A DNA stretch of 40,413 nt from Armatimonadota bacterium (GTDB lineage Bacteria; Sysuimicrobiota; Sysuimicrobiia; Sysuimicrobiales; Humicultoraceae): contig JBBIOM010000003.1 of assembly GCA_037443365.1 (NCBI GenBank), positions 75,959 to 116,371 on the forward strand, in the 5' to 3' direction. Positions 1-8,379 of this stretch are shown one piece after another. Position 1 is the first letter of the stretch, and each line of letters opens with the position of its first letter. A program made the position numbers and the translations under genes. The notes beneath the pieces are model-generated. The model was not told where the DNA came from and did not search any database. It worked only from the letters and a program-made list of their open reading frames with translations.

Positions 1-390
1 GCGCTGGCCTTCTGGCACCTGCCCATGGGATACCAGGCCGCGGTGGCCACGCTCAAGCAGGTCGAGCGATCCATTGAGGAGGCCGCGACGAATCTGGGGG
101 CCAGCGGGCTGCGCGTATTATGGGACATCTACCTGCCGCTGCTGCGACGCGCGTTCCTGGGAGCCTTCACCGTTTCGTTCATACGCGCGGTGACCAACGT
201 CAGCATCGTGGTGTTCCTGGTCACACCCGGCAACATCGTGGCGACGTTCGCCATTCTGAACATGATCGGAAACGGAATCTGGGGAGGCGCGGCCGCGCTG
301 ACCACCATGCTTCTGCTGATCACCTTCGTCTCGGTCGGGATGGCACAGGCGGTGGTGGGCAGGACGATGCGCTCGATGCCGATGGGATGA
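1..390 (+). CDS. ABC transporter permease, FbpB/AfuB (Fe3+/sugar-phosphate) family, C-terminal part (truncated by window edge)
   Basis: Frame is open from base 1 (ALAFWHLPMGY...). EAA loop 'QVERSIEEAATNLGASGLR' is followed by hydrophobic helices. The stop overlaps the next ATG (ATGA at 387-390). Confidence 0.9.
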   Translation, partial: ALAFWHLPMGYQAAVATLKQVERSIEEAATNLGASGLRVLWDIYLPLLRRAFLGAFTVSFIRAVTNVSIVVFLVTPGNIVATFAILNMIGNGIWGGAAALTTMLLLITFVSVGMAQAVVGRTMRSMPMG

Positions 391-1475
391 TGAGCATGAA
401 CGCGGCACACGTGCGGTTCTTGAACGTCACAAAGCGCCTGGGCACGACGCTGGCGGTGGACCGCGTGTCCTTGGACGTGCCCGAGGGCAACTTCACGACG
501 CTGCTGGGCCCATCCGGCTGCGGCAAGACAACCACGCTTCGAATGGTGGCGGGGTTCTATCATCCCGACGCCGGGGAGATCTACGTGCGCGACGTTCCGG
601 TGACCGATATCCCCGCGCACCGCCGGAACACCGCGATGGTCTTCCAGGAGTACGCGCTGTTTCCGCACATGACCGTGGCCGAGAACGTCGGGTACGGGCT
701 GCGCATGCGCCGTGTCGAGACGTCCGTGGCCAGGCGCCGGATCGGGGGCGTGCTCGACCTGGTGGGCCTGACAGGGCAGGAATCCAGGTTTCCACATCAG
801 CTCTCCGGAGGGCAGCAGCAGCGCGTTGCCCTGGCGAGGGCGCTGGTGGTCGAACCCGAGGTATTGCTGCTGGACGAGCCTCTCTCCAACCTGGATGCCA
901 AGCTCCGCGTGCGCGTGCGCACCGAGATACGCAGCCTCCAGCAGGCGCTGGGCAAGACAACGATTTACGTGACGCACGACCAGGAGGAGGCCCTCTCCAT
1001 ATCCGACCGCATCGCCGTGATGAACCAGGGCAGGATCGTCCAGGTTGGCACGCCGCAGGAGATATACTACCGGCCCGCCGATCGGTTCGTGGCCGACTTC
1101 GTGGGCCTGGCCAACTTCGCGCCGGTGCAGGTGGTCTCCCCGGGCCAGGCGCGCCTGGACGAGGTCATCCTGCCCGTGGAGAGCGCCGCAAGGACAGGCC
1201 TGGCCCTGCTGGTCGTGCGTCCTGAGACGGTGGGACTGGCGGCGGCCCCCCCGGCACCCGGTCTGCCGTTCCTCCGTGGGAATGTGAAGAACGCGGCCTT
1301 CCTCGGCGGGCTGGCCAGGTACTGGATCGAGGCGGTCGGCAGGGAATGGATCGTGGACCACGCCGCGCCAGGCGAGCGGCTGCTCCGCGGCGAGGTCTAC
1401 CTGACGCTGGCACCCGAACGAATGCACGTGCTGTACGAACACGAGGTCACTCGCGACAGGGAGGGGCAGGCATGA
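387..1475 (+). CDS. ABC transporter ATP-binding subunit, FbpC/PotA family (module 1)
   Basis: Walker A GPSGCGKT, signature LSGGQQQR, Walker B LLLDEP, H-loop VTHD, C-terminal TOBE-like domain. Start re-assigned to the ATG overlapping the upstream stop. Confidence 0.95.
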   Translation: MMSMNAAHVRFLNVTKRLGTTLAVDRVSLDVPEGNFTTLLGPSGCGKTTTLRMVAGFYHPDAGEIYVRDVPVTDIPAHRRNTAMVFQEYALFPHMTVAENVGYGLRMRRVETSVARRRIGGVLDLVGLTGQESRFPHQLSGGQQQRVALARALVVEPEVLLLDEPLSNLDAKLRVRVRTEIRSLQQALGKTTIYVTHDQEEALSISDRIAVMNQGRIVQVGTPQEIYYRPADRFVADFVGLANFAPVQVVSPGQARLDEVILPVESAARTGLALLVVRPETVGLAAAPPAPGLPFLRGNVKNAAFLGGLARYWIEAVGREWIVDHAAPGERLLRGEVYLTLAPERMHVLYEHEVTRDREGQA

Positions 1476-2437
1476 GCAAGTGGCAACTCCCGCCTCCGGG
1501 CGGGCACATGGATCGGCGCACGGGCATCTATGTCCAGAACATGACGATGCGCGACATCGAGGAGCGGTTGGAGAAGAACGACGTGCTCATCGTGCCGCTG
1601 GGCGCCACGGAAGCACACGGGCCCAACGCTCCGATCGGGGAGGACGTCTTCCTGGTGACCAGGATGGCCGAGGCCGTGGCCGAGCGCACCGGCTGCACGG
1701 TCTCTCAGCCGCTGTGGTTTGGATCGCACCCGTACCATCACCTTGGGATGCCGGGGACCGTGGTGATCCCCGAGGACGTCTTCTGCGGCTTCGTGCGCGC
1801 CATGATCGCGGGGTTCTGGAACATGGGCTTCCGCAAGCAGATCCTGCTCAACGGGCACGGCCAGGAGTTCGTCATCCCGGTTGCCGTCCACCAGTTCGGG
1901 AAGCGCTACCGGGTGCCGGCGCTGATCGTCAACGTGAACTGGTATCACGCCGTCCCCGACTGCTTCAAGGTCAAGGCGGACGGAGGCCCCTACGAGACGC
2001 AGTTCATCCACGCCGACGAGGTCGAGACCTCGTGGTGCATGGCGCTGTTCCCCGAGCTGATGAGGCAGGATTGGGCGGTGGACAACAAGCCCTTCGGTTT
2101 CCTGCCGGAGGGGCACGTGGACAAGGCCGGGAACCTGATGCGGCGCCCGATCAACTGGTACGGGCATGTGGGCGCCGGTCCGATCGAGGTCAAGGCGTAC
2201 CCCGAGGGAGTGGTAGGCAGGCCCTCGCTGGCCTCCGCGGAGAAGGCCCAGCCGGGCGTCCTGGCGCTGCTGGACTACCTCGAGAAGCTGGTGAACGATA
2301 TCCTGAAGACCTTCCCGCCCGGATTGCTGCCGCCGGTGGAGTACGTGACCGAGCGGGACAGGGAGGAGATCGAGGCCGTTCTCCGGGGTCCGACCAGGGG
2401 TGGCAAGAGCATCTACTCGCTTGCATACCCGCCCTAG
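1472..2437 (+). CDS. iolN: Creatininase-family hydrolase, likely 3-dehydro-scyllo-inosose hydrolase
   Basis: Creatininase motifs G-x-T-E-x-H-G, LNGHG and HADEVET. Long stretches (TGIYVQNMTM, GGPYETQFIHADEVETSW, EGHVDKAGNL, WYGHVG, YPEGVVG) match my recollection of Thermotoga maritima IolN. Adjacent to an iolO-like gene. ATGA overlap with the upstream gene. Confidence 0.85.
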   Translation: MSKWQLPPPGGHMDRRTGIYVQNMTMRDIEERLEKNDVLIVPLGATEAHGPNAPIGEDVFLVTRMAEAVAERTGCTVSQPLWFGSHPYHHLGMPGTVVIPEDVFCGFVRAMIAGFWNMGFRKQILLNGHGQEFVIPVAVHQFGKRYRVPALIVNVNWYHAVPDCFKVKADGGPYETQFIHADEVETSWCMALFPELMRQDWAVDNKPFGFLPEGHVDKAGNLMRRPINWYGHVGAGPIEVKAYPEGVVGRPSLASAEKAQPGVLALLDYLEKLVNDILKTFPPGLLPPVEYVTERDREEIEAVLRGPTRGGKSIYSLAYPP

Positions 2438-2476
2438 GGGAGTGGCGAGCATGCCGACGGCCGCGGGTAGGGGCGC

Positions 2477-3328
2477 GTGAGGCTCAGTTTCGTCGTCTCC
2501 GTCGAGGAGACCGCCTTCGCCGCCGTGGCCATGCGCGGTGGCCTGGAGGCAGCGATCGCACGCCTGGCCGCCCTTGGCTTCGATGGCGTCGAGCTGGCCG
2601 TCAGGGATGCCGACGCGGTGGATCCGGGCAGGGTCGAGGCGATTACGCAGGAGGCGGGCCTGGCGGTGCCGGCGCTGGGCACCGGCCAGGCATACCTGCG
2701 CGACGGTCTCAGCCTCTCCAGCCCGGACGCCTCTGTGCGCCGGGCGGCCGGGGTTCGCCTCCTGGGGCATGTGCGCCTTGCGGCGCGCCTCCAGAGCCTT
2801 GTCATCATAGGGCTCATTCGGGGTCGGGCCGAGGGCGGGACCGCGGCGGCGACCTCCCGGTTTCTGGAGGGTGTTGCCCCGGTCCTGGGGGCAGCGGCTT
2901 CCGCCGGTGTGCGCCTGGTTATCGAGCCGATCAACCGTTACGAGACCGACTTCCTGCCAACCGTGGAGGAGGTGCTTGGCGTAATAGAGGCGTCCGGCGC
3001 CCCGCACCTGGGGGTGCTGGCCGACACATTCCACATGAACATAGAGGAAGCGAAGATAGATGACGCCCTGGTTGCCGCGGGGCCTCGGCTGTGGCATGTG
3101 CACGTGGCAGACAGCAACCGCCAGGCCCCGGGGTGCGGGCACCTCGACTTCGGCGCCATCGCAAGGACGCTCACGCAGAGCGGCTATCAGGGGTTCCTGT
3201 CCGCGGAGATCCTTCCGCGGCCGGATCCCGATGCGGCAGCCCAACTGACCGGGCGCTTCATGCGCCCGCTGGTGGATATGCTGGGACAGGTACGGGAACG
3301 ACCACAATCCAGTAGGCAAGGGGGTTGA
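2477..3328 (+). CDS. iolO: Xylose-isomerase-like TIM barrel epimerase, likely 5-keto-L-gluconate epimerase
   Basis: Motifs VELAVRD, GTGQAYLxDGLSL, IIGLIRGR, EPINRYE, DTFHMNIEE, HVADSNR-x-APGCGH and SAE match my recollection of T. maritima IolO (D-tagatose-3-epimerase family). Directly follows iolN. Confidence 0.82.
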   Translation: MRLSFVVSVEETAFAAVAMRGGLEAAIARLAALGFDGVELAVRDADAVDPGRVEAITQEAGLAVPALGTGQAYLRDGLSLSSPDASVRRAAGVRLLGHVRLAARLQSLVIIGLIRGRAEGGTAAATSRFLEGVAPVLGAAASAGVRLVIEPINRYETDFLPTVEEVLGVIEASGAPHLGVLADTFHMNIEEAKIDDALVAAGPRLWHVHVADSNRQAPGCGHLDFGAIARTLTQSGYQGFLSAEILPRPDPDAAAQLTGRFMRPLVDMLGQVRERPQSSRQGG

Positions 3329-4341
3329 TGCGCGTGCGAATCGCCGTCATTTCCACCGTGCTCGTTCTCCTGATGGCATCTGTCCAGCCGCCCGCGGCCC
3401 AGCCGGGGAGGGTCATGGTGTACAGCTCCCTCCACGAGACCGAGATCGCCGCGATGCTGGATGCCTTCACACGCAAGACCGGCGTCCGAGCGGAGTTCAT
3501 CCGTGCGTCCTCCGGGGAGCTCGTTGCGCGCATACGGGCGGAGCGCGCTTCGCCCAAGGGCGACGTGCACCTGGGCGGTCCGGCCGACGGCCACGAGGTC
3601 CTGGCTCCCGAGGGTCTCCTCGAACCCCACAAGTCGCCGGAGCACAAGTTCATCGGTCCCCGGTTCCGAGATCCCAAGGACCGCTGGCATGGCTTCTATA
3701 TCGGGGCCCTGGCCATCGCCGTGAACAAGCCGCGGTTCGAGCGCGAGATGCGGCCACGGGGCCTGGACTACCCCAAGAAGTGGGAGGACCTGCTGCATCC
3801 CGCCTACAAGGGCGAGATCGTCGTGGCCAACCCGTTCACGTCAGGCACGGCGATGACGTTCGTGGCGACCCACGTCCTGCGGCTGGGCGCCGAACGGGGA
3901 TGGAAGTATCTCGAAGACCTCGACAAGAACGTGAACCACTACACGCGCAGCGGGGCCGCGCCCGCGCGCATGTCCGCGGTGGGCGAGTTCCTCGTGGGCA
4001 TCACCTTCGGGCACGACATCCTCAAGCCGATCGTCGAAGGCCACCCGCTTCACATCGTCTACCCGCCCGACACCGGATGGGAAGTGGGTGCCGTCTCCAT
4101 TATCAAGGGAGGTCCCAACACGGAGGGCGCCAGGAAGTTCATTGACTGGCAGCTCGGCAAGGACGCCGGGAAGCTGCACTCAGACATATCCTTGCGTATC
4201 TCTGTCCGGTCCGACGTCCCTGTGCCGAAGGGCGCAATCCCCATCACCCAGATCCAGCTCTTGAAGGGCTACGACCTGTGGTGGGTGGCGCAGCACAGGG
4301 AAGCCCTGCTTCGGATCTGGGACGGCAGGTTCAGGAGATAG
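3328..4341 (+). CDS. ABC transporter substrate-binding protein, AfuA/FbpA-like (module 2)
   Basis: Signal peptide. Motifs RASSGE, NPFTSGT, YTRSG, GITFGHD and GWEVG. TGATG overlap with the iolO stop. Confidence 0.9.
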   Translation: MRVRIAVISTVLVLLMASVQPPAAQPGRVMVYSSLHETEIAAMLDAFTRKTGVRAEFIRASSGELVARIRAERASPKGDVHLGGPADGHEVLAPEGLLEPHKSPEHKFIGPRFRDPKDRWHGFYIGALAIAVNKPRFEREMRPRGLDYPKKWEDLLHPAYKGEIVVANPFTSGTAMTFVATHVLRLGAERGWKYLEDLDKNVNHYTRSGAAPARMSAVGEFLVGITFGHDILKPIVEGHPLHIVYPPDTGWEVGAVSIIKGGPNTEGARKFIDWQLGKDAGKLHSDISLRISVRSDVPVPKGAIPITQIQLLKGYDLWWVAQHREALLRIWDGRFRR

Positions 4342-4376
4342 GCAGCAGCCTGGCAGGGAGGAGGGTGGTGTAGCGC

Positions 4377-6020
4377 TTGCTGGCGTCCGCCAGGTTGCGC
4401 GTCAGAGAAGTACGGTGGCTGATCCGCGAGCCGGCGCTGATGCTCGTGCTGCTGTGCGTGGCCGCCCTCCTGGTCGTGTTCGTGCTCCTGCCCGTGGTCC
4501 GGGTGCTGGGCTCACCGTCCGCTTCTCACTGGCTGCAGTTCTTCCAGCGCGAGGCCTTCGTGAAGGCGACGCGCAACAGCCTCATGATGGCGGCGCTCTC
4601 GACGTGCTCCGCGATGGCCGTCGGATTCCTCTACGCCTACGCCATCGTCAGGGCGGACGTGCCGGCCAAGGGGCTGTTCCGGACCGTGGCCCTGCTGCCG
4701 CTTGTCTCGCCGCCGTTTGTGACGGGGCTTGCGACCATCCTGCTGTTCGGACGGCGCGGGCTGATCACCCACGGGCTGATGGGGATGACCTACAATCCCT
4801 ACGGCTGGCACGGCCTGTGGTTTGCGCAGACCCTTTCGTTCTTTCCGATCGCCTACCTCGGGGTGGCAGGGGTCTTGCGGGCGATCAGCCCGTCGCTCGA
4901 GCTTGCCGCCCACAACCTCGGCGCCCGCCGCTGGGCCGTGTTCAGGACGATAGCCGTGCCGCTGGCCACGCCCGGCCTGGCGAGCTCCGCGCTGCTCGTG
5001 AGCATCCTCATACTGGCCGACTTCGGGAACCCGATGCTGCTGGGCGGCGATTTCTACGTGCTTGCGACCGAGGCCTACCTCCAGGTGATCGGGCGCTACA
5101 ACATGGAGATGGCCGCCGTGCTCTGCACCGTCCTCCTGCTGCCGGCGATGGGTTTCTTCCTCGCCCAACGCTACTGGATCGGCAGGCGTGCCTACACGAC
5201 CGTTACGGGAAGGCCCACGGGCCTGACGCCGCTGCGCGCTTCCCGGCTGCTCCGAGGAGTCCTGTTCGCGGCGTGCCTGCTCGTGGCCGCGGTTGTGCTC
5301 TCGGTTTACCTGGTCATAGCCGCCGGGGCGTTTGTGAAGGTCTGGGGCGTTGACTGGACCTTCACTCTGAAGAACTTCCAGTACACCCTGTTCAGGCAGC
5401 GTGACCTGTACAACAGCGTCCGCTTTGGCGCCGCGGCCGGGGTGACAACCGCCGTCGCGGCCACCGTTGCGGCCTACCTGACGCAGCGCAAGTCCTTCCC
5501 GGGTCGGGGGGTGTTGGACTTCCTGACGCTCCTGCCGGTGGCCCTTCCCGGGACGCTGGTGGGCATAGGGTTCGTGCTGGCGTTCAACCAGCCCCCGCTC
5601 GAGCTCGTCGGCACCGCGGCCATCATCGTCGCGGCGATGGCCGTCCGGACGCTCCCGGTGGGCTACAGGCTGTCGGTGGCGTCGCTGCACCAGATAGACA
5701 CGTCAATCGAGTGGGCGTCGCGCAACCTCGGCGCATCCAGCCTGAAGACCTTCCTTAGAGTCCTGCTCCCCCTGCTGAGGTACGCCTTCGCCGGGAGCTT
5801 CATCTACGCGTTCGTCAAGTCCATCAACACGCTCAGCGCGGTCGTGTTCCTGATGACGCCCGGGAAGGTGGTGGCGTCGGCTTCGATCCTCGGGCTGGCG
5901 GATCACGGGTACTGGTCACAGGCCACCGCGCTCGCGTTCTCGCTGATCGCCGTCGCCCTGCTGGCCCTGGGGGTGCTGCGCCTGGTCGCCGGACGGCGTG
6001 TCCAACTCTTCGACCTCTAA
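4377..6020 (+). CDS. ABC transporter permease, fused two-domain FbpB/AfuB type (module 2)
   Basis: Two EAA-like loops (SLELAAHNLGA, SIEWASRNLGA), PPFV and ADFGNP motifs, many TM helices. TTG start after a GGAGG-like SD. Confidence 0.92.
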   Translation: MLASARLRVREVRWLIREPALMLVLLCVAALLVVFVLLPVVRVLGSPSASHWLQFFQREAFVKATRNSLMMAALSTCSAMAVGFLYAYAIVRADVPAKGLFRTVALLPLVSPPFVTGLATILLFGRRGLITHGLMGMTYNPYGWHGLWFAQTLSFFPIAYLGVAGVLRAISPSLELAAHNLGARRWAVFRTIAVPLATPGLASSALLVSILILADFGNPMLLGGDFYVLATEAYLQVIGRYNMEMAAVLCTVLLLPAMGFFLAQRYWIGRRAYTTVTGRPTGLTPLRASRLLRGVLFAACLLVAAVVLSVYLVIAAGAFVKVWGVDWTFTLKNFQYTLFRQRDLYNSVRFGAAAGVTTAVAATVAAYLTQRKSFPGRGVLDFLTLLPVALPGTLVGIGFVLAFNQPPLELVGTAAIIVAAMAVRTLPVGYRLSVASLHQIDTSIEWASRNLGASSLKTFLRVLLPLLRYAFAGSFIYAFVKSINTLSAVVFLMTPGKVVASASILGLADHGYWSQATALAFSLIAVALLALGVLRLVAGRRVQLFDL

Positions 6021-6034
6021 CAGGCGGGTATCAG

Positions 6035-7105
6035 ATGACGAGCATTCACGTTGAACTGCGCGGGTTGAAGAAGCGGTTCGGCGACGTCGCTGCGGTGGGG
6101 GGCGTTGACCTGGCGGTGTCCGAGGGGTCGTTCGTCACGCTGCTGGGTCCGTCCGGATGCGGGAAGACCACGACCCTGCGCCTGATCGCGGGCTTCTACG
6201 ATCCGGACGAGGGCGAGATCAGAATCGGCGGCCGGCGGATCAACGACCTTCCCCCGGACCGGCGCAATACGGCCATGGTCTTCCAGGACTTTGCGCTGTT
6301 TCCCCACATGACCGTGTTCGAGAACATCGCCTACGGTCTGCGCATGCGCGGCTGCGCCCAGGCCGAGATCTCGCGCCGGGTGGAGGAGACGGCGCGTCAA
6401 CTCGGGCTGGTAGGACTGGAGCACAAGTGGCCGCTCCACCTCTCAGGAGGGCAACAGCAGCGCGTGGCGTTGGCCCGCGCCCTGGTGGTGGAGCCCGAGG
6501 TGCTGCTCCTCGACGAGCCGCTCTCCAACCTGGACGCCAAGCTCCGCATACGGGTGCGCACCGAGATCAGGCAGATCCAGCAGCAACTGGGCAAGACCAC
6601 GATCTACGTCACGCACGACCAGGAGGAAGCCCTGGCGATCTCGGATGTCATCGCGGTCATGGCCTCGGGCCGGATCGTTCAGGTTGGCACCCCGTACGAG
6701 GTCTACTACACGCCGGCGTCGCGGTTCGTGGCCGACTTCGTCGGCATCGCCAACTTCCTGGAGGGCAGGGTACTCACGGACCAGGGGGTCGGACTGGTCG
6801 AGGCCGGAGGGACCGTCCTGGAGGTCGGGACGGAGAACCTGCGGCCGGGGAGTGCCGTGCTGCTGGCGATCCGCCCTGAGGCCGTGCGGCTCGTGGAGTC
6901 GGGGGCGGAGTCGGCGGGACACAACCTCCTGTGCGGCAGGGTCGCCGCAAGCAGCTTCATGGGCAGCCTGGTCCGCTACTGGATCGAGGCCATCGGGACC
7001 GAGTGGGTGGTGGACGTGCACGTGCCGGCCCCGCGTCAACTGCTGACAGGAGAGGTTGCGTTGCAGATCCCGAGAGAGCGTATTCACGTTCTCGAGCAGC
7101 GGTAG
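6035..7105 (+). CDS. ABC transporter ATP-binding subunit, FbpC family (module 2)
   Basis: [26 protein letters not shown]. Close paralog of 387..1475. Confidence 0.95.
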   Translation: MTSIHVELRGLKKRFGDVAAVGGVDLAVSEGSFVTLLGPSGCGKTTTLRLIAGFYDPDEGEIRIGGRRINDLPPDRRNTAMVFQDFALFPHMTVFENIAYGLRMRGCAQAEISRRVEETARQLGLVGLEHKWPLHLSGGQQQRVALARALVVEPEVLLLDEPLSNLDAKLRIRVRTEIRQIQQQLGKTTIYVTHDQEEALAISDVIAVMASGRIVQVGTPYEVYYTPASRFVADFVGIANFLEGRVLTDQGVGLVEAGGTVLEVGTENLRPGSAVLLAIRPEAVRLVESGAESAGHNLLCGRVAASSFMGSLVRYWIEAIGTEWVVDVHVPAPRQLLTGEVALQIPRERIHVLEQR

Positions 7106-7263
7106 ATCGCAAGCAGCCGTTCCCCGGTCGGGCCTGGGGGAATCGGGCGCGGCCGTGTGGAACCAAAGTCAGGGATGAACACGACCCCGTGCGGAACTTA
7201 CACCCGGGGCTGAACGTGCATAATGGTAGAAGCAGCGTTGCAGGATACTTGCGGGAGGTGCAG

Positions 7264-8289
7264 ATGATGAGGTATGTCGCACTGGCAGCGTTGATGCTCG
7301 CGCTGGCAGGCATGGGCGTCGCCCAGGCCGGGCCGGCGGCCGGCCGTGTGATAGTGCTGTGCAGTCCGGCGGTGGAGTGGTGCGATGCGCTTAAGGCCGC
7401 CTTCCCCCGCGCCACGGGGATCACGCTCGACTTCGTCCGGATGAGCTCCGGTGAGGCGCTGACCCGCCTGCGTGCCGAGCGGGCCAATCCCACCTTTGAC
7501 GCGTGGTTTGGCGGGACCGGCGACCCCCACCTCGTGGCCAACGAGGAGGGGCTGACCGAGTTCTTCCGCCCGCGCAACTGGGAGGAGTTGAGGCCCGAGT
7601 TGCGCGACGCCGTCGCAGGCAAGTACATCCCGCTCTACGCCGGGGTCCTGGGATGGGCTTTGAATCCCAGACTGCTGCGCGAGAAGAACCTGCCCGAGCC
7701 CCGCACCTGGAAGGACCTGGCCGACCCGCGCTACAGGGGGCTCGTGGCCTATCCCAATCCCACGACCTCGGGAACCGGCTACACGATGCTGGCGACGATG
7801 GTCCAGGTCTACGGCGAGCGAGAGGCGTTCGAGGTGCTCAAGCGGATCCACCGGAACGTCACCGAGTACACGAGAGCAGGGGCTGCTCCGGGCGTGCTGA
7901 CCGGGCGGGGCGAGACCGCGATCGGGATCACGTTCAACCACGACTCGGTCGTGCAGATCCTCCGCGGCTTCCCCATAACATACGGGTCGGCCCGCGATGG
8001 GACCGGCTACGAGATCGGCGGCATCAGCTTGGTCAAGGGCGCGCCCAACCGCGCCAACGGGATCGCGTTCATAGAGTGGGCGTTGACCCCGGAGGCGCAG
8101 CGCATCGCGAGTGAGGCCGGCGAGTCCTACCAGCTTCCCTCGAATTCCAAGACGCCAGTGCCGCGGGTCTCGCCGCGCTTCCAGGACTTCAACGTGATCA
8201 AGTACGACTTCGTGCGTTTCGGCAAGGCCGATGTGCGGGACAAGCTGCTCGACCGCTGGCTCAAGGAGGTCTTCCCGCTGCCCAAGTAG
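7264..8289 (+). CDS. ABC transporter substrate-binding protein, AfuA-like (module 3)
   Basis: SD GGGAGGTG at 7253-7260 and a signal peptide. AfuA-like N-terminal Cys pair (VLCSPAVEWC), RMSSGE, GGTGDPH, NPTTSGT, GITFNHD and GYEIGG. Confidence 0.9.
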   Translation: MMRYVALAALMLALAGMGVAQAGPAAGRVIVLCSPAVEWCDALKAAFPRATGITLDFVRMSSGEALTRLRAERANPTFDAWFGGTGDPHLVANEEGLTEFFRPRNWEELRPELRDAVAGKYIPLYAGVLGWALNPRLLREKNLPEPRTWKDLADPRYRGLVAYPNPTTSGTGYTMLATMVQVYGEREAFEVLKRIHRNVTEYTRAGAAPGVLTGRGETAIGITFNHDSVVQILRGFPITYGSARDGTGYEIGGISLVKGAPNRANGIAFIEWALTPEAQRIASEAGESYQLPSNSKTPVPRVSPRFQDFNVIKYDFVRFGKADVRDKLLDRWLKEVFPLPK

Positions 8290-8307
8290 GGCGCTGATCG
8301 CGCTGTT

Positions 8308-8336
8308 CAGGCGGGTGGGAGCAACCCACCCGCCTG
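8308..8336 (+). promoter_or_regulatory. Perfect 12-bp stem-loop between SBP and permease genes (mRNA stabiliser or attenuator)
   Basis: CAGGCGGGTGGG-AGCAA-CCCACCCGCCTG is a perfect inverted repeat. There is no poly-U tail. Confidence 0.7.
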
Positions 8337-8379
8337 TCGCCGCGGCTGCGTCCGCGCGCCCTTTCCTGGAGGAGGCTTG

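Noticed and set aside
7196..7224. Internal promoter for ABC module 3 (TTACAC...CATAAT)
   Set aside because: The spacing is only 15 nt and the -35 is weak. It is plausible but cannot be supported from sequence alone.
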